A DNA stretch of 46,713 bases, counting the filler, from Catajapyx aquilonaris (taxonomy: Eukaryota), in NCBI GenBank assembly GCA_000934665.2. It is 2 parts of 2 records of this genome, joined end to end, with 100 filler letters (N's around TTAATTAATTAA, not from the genome) between each part and the next. Parts side by side here need not be neighbours in the genome. Positions count along the whole stretch, not along the records: positions 23,258 to 46,713 come from JYFJ02005720.1; 1 more part is not named here. One strand, 5' to 3'. The position numbers were made by a program, and so were the translations under genes. This document shows, piece by piece, positions 37,465 through 46,713 of the stretch; the first letter of the stretch is position 1, and each line of letters opens with the position of its first letter. The notes beneath the pieces were generated by a model. The model ran no database searches. It was given only the letters and a program-made list of their open reading frames with translations, and had not been told where the DNA came from.

Positions 37465-38087
37465 GGGTTACGATTTTGAGGTCAAACAATCAGTGTTAAG
37501 AGTCAAGTTGTCAATAATGAGTCAACAACCACTCATCAGTGACAAATTTCCCCCGTTGGCCCTACTTCCTACGCCAAGGGGAGTGCTGTCTGACGTTTCC
37601 CGCTTGTTGTTGGTTGGTCAACAATGAGCCAACAACCAATCATCAGTGACGAACTTCCCTTCAGAGAGTCACTTTCTTAACGTTTTCCGCTAAGTCATCC
37701 ATCTTGGTCTGTGGGGAGATGAGGAGGACTGCAGCTCTCTCCAGGCTGGCGGCCGTTTATTTATACGGAAATGGGCGCATGCGCTGTACAACATTGACAA
37801 AGTGGGAGGAGTCAGGAGGAGACATGCACAACAGAGTGAGCTGTTTGAAAAAAGGCGTAGATGGGGGATGACGTGATGTGGAGGTTGCCAGATGAAGCGG
37901 GGCGGTAGACTCAAACATAAAGAAATTAGATGGATAAAATATCTAACTACAATACTAAAATGGAGGGGTGGGTTTATGAGTCTTTACATAAGCATGGAGA
38001 GTAGAAAGCCCATACTCACTTACAGTTTCATTTACCTCTCTGACCAACACCTTGTCAATGTCAATTCACTTGTTTTGATGTAACACC

Positions 38088-38900
38088 ACACATATTGCAG
38101 GCCTGAAATGAAGCAGTGTCAGTGATAGCATGACAGGTTCTACCGTCAATCATTTTCACTCACAATTTATGCTTCACGCGCAAAGGTGCACAAAAATCCC
38201 GATCCTCGGTGACAGTTTCCTTAAGGGCTTCAATCTGCTGATCCATGGCTGCCTTTTCCTTCTTTATGATCTCCGTCGTCTCAGGTGCAAACTCTAACTT
38301 TACAGGTCTACAAAATCTGGTTGATGATGGCCGGGGTTTTTGCCAGACGATAACATTTGGGCCACCATCTCCCGGTGAAGCGTATAGTTGGAGAGGTACA
38401 AGGCAAGTCATGAATAAACTACTATCAAACATATCTGGATTGTCACTTCGCTGCTTATAGAGAGAATGGCCACTGCTGCCATCGCACCCCCATTTTGAAA
38501 TCAAATTTAAGTTGGTCAGCAAAGCAGGGGAAATGGTTATTACTACATCCTTTTGGAGAGTAACAATACGACTTAGTCAAGTCCAGCAACGCTTGCAGTG
38601 AAATCTCTGCTTTGGTTTCAGTGATCACTACAGACTCTGTTGGTGGGTAGCACTCCTCTTTTGCTTGCCTCACCTTTTTGTATGATGGGTATATATCTGC
38701 ACCCCTTGACTTCCCTTCTACCCGAAAAGTCTGATAGGACCCTTTAGATAAGTCTGTGTGTAACATGAGTTAGAGTGCCTCCTGAGCCGTGTAAGGTCTG
38801 ATACCCTCACTCTGTTGCGCAGAAGTCCAAGCCTCGTTGATCTTCTTTGTACGCTTTGGTGTACTGATAAGTCCCTCCTTCACCAGCTTGGCCTCTTCCG
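38088..38900 (-). pseudogene. Transib transposase fragment
   Basis: IYPSYKKVRQAKEECYP..LQALLD / KWGCDGSSGHSLYKQ..LVPL..PSSTRFCRP..MIDG..CNMC, with frameshifts. Confidence 0.9.
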
Positions 38901-39003
38901 GTCTTCCCGCGGCACCCATACGCAGGACTGAATAGTCCTAAATTTCCTGAAGGAGAAAAGACAGGAATGCCAATGGTTTTATTCTGAACTGGAATTAATA
39001 CCC

Positions 39004-39380
39004 TTATCTCCGTAGGTCCCCGGTGAGGTGGTCCGTATAGATTTCCCTGGACTATCGAATGGCGTCGCTGACGCACAGCCTCCGGAGCGTCGTCAGATAG
39101 GTCCTGCTGCAGAAGCGCCGCAAGACCCGGTCGTTGCTTGGGTCCCAGGAGCCCACCACTATCGCCTCCACCGTTACACGACGGAAGCGCTGCTGGAGTG
39201 TGTTTGCCAGTGGAGCATACTTAACCTCCTTTCTTTCTCGAGCCTCCCAGAGGGCCTCCGGGCGGTTGTCGAAGGGGACGGTAACATCGATAATGATGGC
39301 TGTGTCACGCCCCTGAGTGAGCAGCAGGTCCGGGCGGAGAGGGCAACCCGGCGTCACCTGCTGATTCGTCCTCTCCACCG
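39004..39380 (-). mobile_element. Restriction-like-endonuclease non-LTR retrotransposon 3' end (NeSL/Utopia-like)
   Basis: LRPDLLL..IDVTVPFDN..KEVKYAPLA..GSWDPSN..LCVSDAIR*SREIYTDHLTG. Confidence 0.8.
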
Positions 39381-39399
39381 TGAACTTGGAGCCTGCTGC

Positions 39400-39742
39400 T
39401 TGCTGGATGCTCTATAATTGAGGTGTATACCTTTCACTCTCATGCACACCTTCTCCTCCCCCAAGCTATTTTTCACAATATAGCCATAATTTTTAGGCCC
39501 GCCGGAGCAAAACTAAGCTACAGATGCTTCCGGACCATATTCCTGGAGCTCGCTGGTTAGCTCACCAAGGTAGTCACCAGTTGGTAGAGGCGTATCTGCA
39601 GCTCTTGTTACATATATTATGGAATCTGTATCGCAGTACAGCGCCCTCTCCTGCACAGTTCCAAAAATTCGTACAGTTTCAGGCGTGCTTGGGCAGTTGT
39701 GAAAGCGCCGATAATGACGTTGGTGGAAGGGTGGGATAGCTT
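39400..39742 (-). mobile_element. Polinton/Maverick protein-primed DNA polymerase B fragment
   Basis: TNVIIGAFTTAQARLKLY / LYCDTDSIIY..GDYLGELTSEL..SGGPKNYGY..VKGI, with one frameshift and one stop. Confidence 0.88.
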
Positions 39743-40681
39743 TTCACAAACTTCGCATCCCCAATCTCGCCCTGTGCCGATTCCCACTGTTGGCGAGTTA
39801 TCGTAATGACACAACCAAGTGTCACCTGTAAGGTATAACAGAAATCGGTGTCACATTGCATGTTAGTAGATTTACATTCATGAATGATGAATTTCATTGC
39901 TGAATGAATATGTTCACATAAAACAGCAAATGGAATTAGGTTACTGGAATTGTTCTAATCATTCAATATAAGACAGAAGTACGCGTATCATTTGCTCATC
40001 ACTTACAGAGCTATTCAATTTGTTAAGCTACTAAAATCAAAAAGTTACTGTAAAATGCAAAAATTTAAGAAATCTCACTCAGAATCATACTAATACTCGC
40101 ATTTCAGATGATCATGGAACAAATACCCTCATACTGATCTGCCATGTGTGTACTTAATGCATTAAACATCCTAATGTTGTTATCAGACCTCATGTCTCTT
40201 GAAAGTGCAACTAAAGCTGGAAGTTAATATTCAACTTTTTTTTTTTACATACTCCTAAAATTTGAAATGTAATATTCCTCTAACACCATAAAATTCAAAC
40301 ACCCCTTGTGAAGGAATCTGATTATAATTATGTGATTCTATGTCATGTGTGGCAAAGCCATCATTTCACTTGTTGGACTAATACTGTATATAGAGAAAAA
40401 TCACTAGTCATACTGACTGAAGACAGGCAGAAGAAATCCAGATTAGTATCATCCATACCTTCTCATCTTCAATTGTCACAAAATCATACCTGCGTCTCCA
40501 GATGCTACTGCACTTGTAGCATGTAGCATGTAGCATCGACGCCAGCGCCACGCGCGGTTATTACCGCGACTGTGGAAAAGCGGGAAATCAAAATGGGATA
40601 ACTAATGCTGAAAATTTAAATGAAAATCCCGCAATCCCCAGCTGGAACAACAGACATTTAAAAACGGAGTATAACTTTTCA

Positions 40682-40870
40682 GGTTTTATTGTTACATTTA
40701 TGCATTAATATGCAAAAACGGTTTTATTGTTACATTTATGCATTATATGCAAAAAAGGTTTTATTGTTACATTTATGCATTAATATGCAAAAAAGGTTTT
40801 AATGTTACATTTATGCATTAATATGCAAAAAAGGTTTTATTGTTACATTTATGCATTAATATGCAAAAAA
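40682..40870. repeat. 38-bp tandem repeat, 5 copies, inside the MULE
   Basis: GGTTTTATTGTTACATTTATGCATTAATATGCAAAAAA starts at 40682, 40720, 40757, 40795 and 40833. Confidence 0.95.
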
Positions 40871-41066
40871 ATGTAAAAATGTTGATTTAACTGCACTTGC
40901 CAACTTAAACCCCAGCAAAAAATTTGATTGCTCTTTAAACCTCGCAGGGAATGAATTGTAGCTACGAAGTAAAATATAAGAGTGCAGTTAATAAGAGTGC
41001 AGTAAAATGAGAGTGCAATCAAATGGATATATTACAAGGCGAGTTTTTGATTTTCATTAAGTGATT

Positions 41067-42863
41067 TTAAAGATACCCATGATCACCAACACCAGAACAT
41101 GTAATGTTCAAGACTTCCTCACTGCTGCCAGCAATGAGTGTCTTCAGGACACTCTTTTCAGTGCTCGTGGGCTTCTTCAATCCCATCCGTTTCTGCTGGG
41201 GTTTTTTCTTTGTTGAGTGTAAAGTTGAAAGAAGCCTTCTCTGAGTCTGTGGTTTCTTGTTTGAAGGCTCCCTCGCTGCCTCGTCAGTCATTTTGAATCC
41301 ACGTGATGCTTCAGAGCTCTTGAGATGCTGCACCATTGCATTGCTCATCCTCTTGATGGTTGACACACTTTCCGGGGGCAGTGCATCGATGGAGCCCAGG
41401 ACAGCATTGAAATTTGCTTTTATGATGCTTATCGATTGCTGATTCTCATCTAGTGCTTCTGGCTCAGCGGAGAAAAGTAACACTTTTTGGTCCATATCCT
41501 TTGGATCTGGGAAATGTGTTGGTAACTCCTGCTGGATTTGTAAGCAGTGAATTATGACGGCATGAACATGCTTGCAAATTGTGGAGTGCACCATTGCATC
41601 AGTGCAGGAGCATGTATACATATGCATGCACACTGAACATGCCAAACATTTCTCACTACAGTCGCCTTCAGGTTTTATGCATTTGTCTTGCACTTTACGT
41701 ACATTGTAAGTGTCCTGCACATGAAGTTTTTTTTGTGAACTGACATACCATGACATCCCATCCTCACTGCATGTCACGTCCTCCCTAGGAATACGTTCTG
41801 CCTTCCTGTGCCGATCTCTGATGCCCTTCATAGTTATACTGGCGGTTTTTTTAAATGGTCCTTATGGCGTAGTCCTGCACCTTATCTCTGGTCATCTTCA
41901 TGAGAGCATCAATGCATTTATCCACTCGCTTTATCTTTTTTGATTGGAAATATATGTGCTTCAGAACCCTATGCATGGCTTCCAGGCGCATATTGGTGCT
42001 GATTCCACAGTCTTTTCTGTAGCAATAAGCCCACATGTGAACTCTGCATCCATAATGTGACTGGAAGTACTTGCCAAATTGTTTTGTTTCAGGGTTTTGC
42101 AGAAACATGCATATCACCTGGGACAGGAATTCTTCCAAGGAATTTTCTTCCCTCTCCTCCAGCAGGAGTCTGACAAATTGGTAAGCAGATGCTTTAACGA
42201 CTTCTCCTCCTGTTACCAATTTGCCAATATTCTCCCGCCAGTTCCTGTCCACATGCCAAGAACAAAGAAGGTGTTTTGGGCTGTGATTCATGACTTGCCT
42301 CCATGCATTATAATACGCTGGCGCATCATCAGACATAAATACTTTTGATTCTATTGTTTTGCCCACTTTGTTCCTTACAGCAGAGAAGAAAACCTCCATG
42401 GCTCCCTGGTTGCATTTATTACTTATACAATATGCCACGGGAAACCCTCTTCCCATATCATCCACTACCAGCAATGTAGTTAGTAGAAAATCATAGGCGT
42501 TAGTTCCATGTGTGCTGTCTACACACATTCTATCATCACCGAATCTCACCATCATGTCCTTCTGTGCTTGTGTCATCACCACAAGCATAAAGTCTTCATT
42601 TTCAAGTGGCACATCTTCATCCATAGTGTGCTGATTCTTGAAGATTAGGACAGGAGAATCTTCTCCTAGGCTTTCTGAACTCTTCACCCACATTGCATCA
42701 TTTTCATGTAGCTTTTCTTTGCACAGATGAAAGTCTCGGATGACATTATGCAATGTCTTTCTCTGAGTCATGCTCATGACATCACATATAGTTCCTTGCT
42801 GAGACACCTTCTCCCTGATATCATCCAGAATTTTCCCTAATGCAATTCCCTGGCGAATTTTAC
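41067..42863 (-). pseudogene. MULE transposase with SWIM zinc finger, frameshifted near 41850
   Basis: CVDSTHGTNAYDF..GFPVAY..FMSDDA..LCSWHVDRNW..TNMRLEAMHRVLK / YTCSCTD..ICKHVHAV. Confidence 0.9.
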
Positions 42864-43469
42864 CTGAAATAGGAATACAGTAAACCATTATGGCTAATGC
42901 TCATAAAATTCACCCTATAACTATTAGGGGTAGTATGGCCAACAATCTGGCCCTCCCCTCCACATCAGTTTGGAACCGAAAAAAAGGCCGGCGTGGCTTA
43001 CTTACTCGATATATTGTTGCAGAAATAGCCCGCTCAGCATGCCGCCATTGATGGTTCTGCCCAACCAACATGGCCGCCGCGAAAAAAAAAGGTAAACAAA
43101 TACGTCACGGCTAAAAGGTCCATACGCCCCACCTCCCACCTGACTGGACTAGGTTACAGTTGCGGTAATAACCGCGCGTGGCGCTGGCGTCGATGCTACA
43201 TGCTACAAGTGCAGTAGCATCTGGAGACGCAGGTCAAAATCATCAGCTGGTGGCAATGGTAGCATAGCAGTTGTAGCTGGAGGGTGGGGGTCACCTGTCG
43301 GCACGTGCTCGGCACCAGGCGCGTAGCTGGAAAATTCTTAAGGGGGGGGGGGGGGNTGATCGGTTTTCTGCACTAAGCTGTTTATTATTAAGCAGTTACT
43401 TTCGAACCGTTATTTTAGTAGTTATCAAAAATAATAACTTAATATGAGGCCGAACAGAAAGCACGATAA

Positions 43470-43630
43470 ACGTTCTGGGGGTCTGTAACAGTGTACTGGC
43501 ATCCACGGGCAAGTCTCCAAAGCACGAATGGCCTTTGAGGAGTTTTAGCAAATGTGAAAGTGCTTTGTGCGTAATGCCGAATGAGAGTGCCCAAATTCGG
43601 AAAGATGTTCTCAAGCTGCTGCTGGCTGGC
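43470..43630 (-). mobile_element. CACTA/EnSpm-type transposase N-terminal fragment
   Basis: WALSFGITHKALSHLLKLLK..LPVDASTLLQTPR. Confidence 0.7.
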
Positions 43631-44034
43631 TCATCACTGATGCTGTTCAGGGATTCACTCCAGAGATGGGCAGTATATTATATACAAATATACATATATA
43701 CATTTGTATATTGTATATATGTATATGTCGTGAGCCAATTGTGCGCGCTGGCCCAATAGTCCGCGAGTGAATTGGCAGCCGGCCAAGAGTTCTGCCCCTC
43801 CAAGCCACCACCATCACCACTATTAGGCAGTTCACCTGCCAACGCAGGGGGCACATTAGCAGCCACCGATTTCACCTCAGGTGCACTTCACTTTTTTCTT
43901 GTGTGGGTCCCGTCCCCATCCGACTCGACCCTGTTTGACTTGGACAGCATTGGCTCCGGGGGCGACACGGAAGGAGGCCTCTTGTTCCTGCCAGGTTCCG
44001 CCCCGGCACTGGTCCGCCCCCCCCCCCCCCCCNC

Positions 44035-44684
44035 CGGCCCTCAATTCTCAACTTATTGTCCCGCCTCAGCGTGGCGGCCTTTCCCTCTTCACGTGCAGAC
44101 CTTAGATACGGAAGCAGCTGCCTGCGAGCCTCTCTGGTTTCCGGAGAGAAGTCTTCTGACAGAGCCATAGGCGTATTCTTCAACTTAAACGAGTTGCGTA
44201 ACACTGCCTCCTTGTCCTTGAAATACGTGCACTTTGCTATTATTGGTCGCACATTTCCTGGGGCCATACGGGCTAGTCTGTGACATCTTTCAAAGGGGAG
44301 ACGGTAATCAGAAGGAAATACCTCCTTCCACGCCAAAAACTTCCTCACCTTCTCCTCCGTTTCGCCCCATGGTTCCTGCACATCCGGCCCCAGACCAAAT
44401 AACAGGATATTCTTGCGCCTACCCCTATCTTCCATATCTATAAGGCGAGCTTCCAGTTCCAGATTCTTTGACACCAACACCGTCGCCTTGCCTGCCAGTT
44501 CCGTGACCTCCGCCTTAAGAGAGTCCAATGCACTATTCTGTTCGTCCAACTTCTTCTCGAGAAGACTCGTAAGTGTTCCAGTTAGCTTGTCCGCCACCAC
44601 TTGGACCGCCACTTGTGTCTGCTTGCTTAGCTTCTCCTCTAAACCGGCCAAGAGAGTAACCATCTCCTCCTTCGAGACCCCCAT
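44035..44684 (-). mobile_element. LINE ORF1 (L1-type coiled-coil/RRM/CTD, as carried by L2/CR1-group elements)
   Basis: MEDRGRRKNILLFGL..ERCHRL..RPIIAK..SEDFSPETREARRQL. Confidence 0.82.
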
Positions 44685-44784
44685 TTGGCAAGTTAACCAG
44701 TGAACGACCCAGCACGTGTATCGATCGGCCTTGGCAGGAGCCCAATTTCTGCACGTCCACTCAGCTCTGGCAGTGAACCTCCCA

Positions 44785-45500
44785 GAGGACTGTAATAAAC
44801 CCAACGGTTTATTACGCTCCGTTTTAGTCAATTGACACAATATATTGACAGCTACGGACATATTGCAACACGTCTCTTTTCTGACCAATCCAGGTGAAAA
44901 GATGCTTTATAGCGTCCTATGCCCGCCAAAATGGCCACCTAGTGCCGTATCGTGATAAGCGTGCACAATTTTTTCGCGCATGCCCTTTGGAACCACAATC
45001 TTAAAAGGGTTATACCCCAGAGAAGCAGCGCCTTTTGCCTCCGGCAAAAACTCGGCTATTAACCCAGAATTGTTGATCAGGTACATTTTAAGGTCCACCT
45101 TAAGCCTCGCTCTAGACTTTCCGTCTAACTCCGCGTCGCATGACCCTTCCAGGTAATCACGCAACGCCCTGAGATCGGCGTCAGCTAATTGGTGTTCCCT
45201 CAATTCCTTGAGATCAACTTTTCCGGTTTCCACCTGGTCACCTGAAACAGGTGCCGTGTCATCGGCGGCTAAAACAGCCCCTGCCAGATTATCGTACCCC
45301 CTACTAGGAGACCCTTCCTCGTGTACTACGCCAGCCCCCTGTGACTTTTTGCCACTCGTACACATTTGTTCCGCTCCATCTGGCACACCCGCACGGTCAA
45401 ACATCCGAGAAAGACAGTCAGCGGCTACGTTAGGGTGACCTTGAACATGCTTGATTTGCAAATCAAATCCTTGCAAGTTCATTGACCATCGGCCCATTGG
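44785..45500 (-). mobile_element. Ty3/gypsy pol fragment (RNase H end to integrase H2C2 finger)
   Basis: RWSMNLQGFDLQIKHVQGHPNVAADCLSR..IVVPK..HDTALGGHFG / FTWIG..YVRSC..CQ. Confidence 0.85.
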
Positions 45501-45529
45501 GTAGGGCCCTATCAACGGGGCCAGGATGG

Positions 45530-45702
45530 TTGGCGTCGGCTGCATGCTGGTCGGCTGCTGGAGGTGCAGCGGTGCCTGGGCCGGCCACGACAGGCTGGTC
45601 GGATGCAGGAGGTGGAGCGGTGCGTGGGGCGGCCACGTGGCCAGGCTGGTCGGGTTCAGGTGGAGCGGGACCTGGGGCGGCCACGGGGCCAGGCTGGGGT
45701 CC
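45530..45702. repeat. GC-rich ~45-48-bp minisatellite (WP..PLHL..PTSL units on the minus strand)
   Basis: Three to four diverged copies of AGGTGGAGCGG..GGCGGCCACG..CAGGCTGGTCGG. Confidence 0.7.
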
Positions 45703-45901
45703 ATGACACACACGTAGTCGTCAGAATGACCACCCTCTTATGCTGGCACCCAAGCTACAATGAGCGTCTTCCCGTCTTCTGACTCATCGTCCCGCGCGAT
45801 GCCGCGCGCGCCCTTCCCCCCAGAACTCCCCGCCTGCCATCCCCGCCTTCCCCCACTGGTTGGGGCCCCGCCACGAGCATAGAAACCAGAGGGACAGAGA
45901 G

Positions 45902-46230
45902 CTAGGGGGTGGGAGGGGCATCATTTTCAATCAGCTTCAAACTCAGCTTCATCCTTATTGACGAATCCGAAGTGCTGCTAGAATTTAGGTTACACTGAAT
46001 GCCGATACTTGATGTTGGTTCCTGCAGAAACCCATCAGAAGGTACCTCCCCATCTTCTGTAGTAATTTCTGTCTCCGCTGTGATTTCCAGAAGGACATGT
46101 GCCAGGTCCATGTGTTTATCCTTCTTCCTGCCTCTTACCGCTGTCCTAACTTCCCGAGCGGTAACCACTGGCTCTGGTTGGAACGCGAATACTGATGGAA
46201 CAGCTTCTCGCTTCAGTCTGCGCCTCCTGA
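45902..46230 (-). mobile_element. THAP C-terminal exon fragment (transposase N-terminal region)
   Basis: An acceptor precedes RRRRLKREAVPSVFAF, followed later by IGIQCNL. Confidence 0.6.
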
Positions 46231-46713
46231 CTACAGGAAATGCATTATTATTCATTGAAACCATTATACTGACATGCACTAGTGTCCTCTGATCCAAAGA
46301 AGATGAATCTGAACTGTGGCTCGGGAGCTTATGAAAATGGCTTAAGTCTGCCAAAATTTCAAGGTTAAATTTAAGAACGCACCTAAGCAAAGCTGGCCCC
46401 AGGAAAATTACCGGTACCATTCAATAATCACCCCTCATTTTTATTTTGTCGTTTTTATTAACTGCCCATGTGTGTAAATTTACTTTTCGGTTTTTTTGGC
46501 CACATTTTGTGAGGTTCAGCTTTAAATTGAGTGCCAAGGACAAGAATGATAAGAGCAGCCTACTGAACAGTGACTCTTGGTAAAATATAGTCAATAAGTG
46601 ATATTTCTTACCTGGGCTATAGTACCTACAAGACCTAGTATGCCAACCGGCCTATGCCTCCAATGGAAAGCTCGCCCCCCAAAAAAGTTGAAAATCCGCC
46701 AGGTGGCACTGCG

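Larger units (their letters stand above)
40488..43234 (-). mobile_element. Mutator-like (MULE) element with both ends, ~80-bp TIRs and a 9-bp TSD
   Basis: TIRs at 40488-40573 and 43156-43234. CAAAATCAT is duplicated at 40479-40487 and 43235-43243. Confidence 0.93.

Noticed and set aside
40682..40870. 38-bp repeats with an internal palindrome as a CRISPR array
   Set aside because: The units are directly adjacent with no unique spacers, no cas genes are present, and the array lies inside a eukaryotic MULE.
44685..44888. N-terminal extension of the 338-aa ORF (43872-44888)
   Set aside because: It is read-through from the adjacent gypsy fragment and LINE 5' UTR; the ORF1-like sequence starts at the ATG at 44684.

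Overview
Eukaryotic, arthropod-like genomic DNA (short GT-AG introns, chitin-binding genes) in two parts joined by an artificial 100-bp spacer (N44-TTAATTAATTAA-N44, 23158-23257). The left part (1-23157) is ordinary gene-rich host sequence, all on the + strand. It holds two tandem SLC22-like organic cation transporter paralogs, both ending in -ITRL, and an HMG-CoA lyase with a C-terminal SKL and two candidate alternative first exons. It also holds a 13-exon, ~938-aa secreted protein (unrecognised helical-repeat body, CBM14 chitin-binding domain, Tyr/Thr/Pro tail) and the start of a second CBM14 gene cut by the gap. The right part (23258-46713) has no recognisable host gene. It is a dense patchwork of short, abutting pieces from many unrelated transposon groups: ISL2EU-like THAP-DDE, hAT, Sola2, piggyBac, Harbinger, pogo, CACTA, P-like, Transib, MULE, Polinton, NeSL-like, I-group and L2/CR1-type LINEs, and gypsy. 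Of the 23 TE coding fragments I could recognise, 22 lie on the minus strand. That is the layout expected of a uni-strand piRNA cluster or transposon 'memory' locus, here dominated by DNA-transposon fragments. Family calls come from motif recognition by eye, not database searches, and fragment boundaries are approximate unless a terminus or TSD is given.
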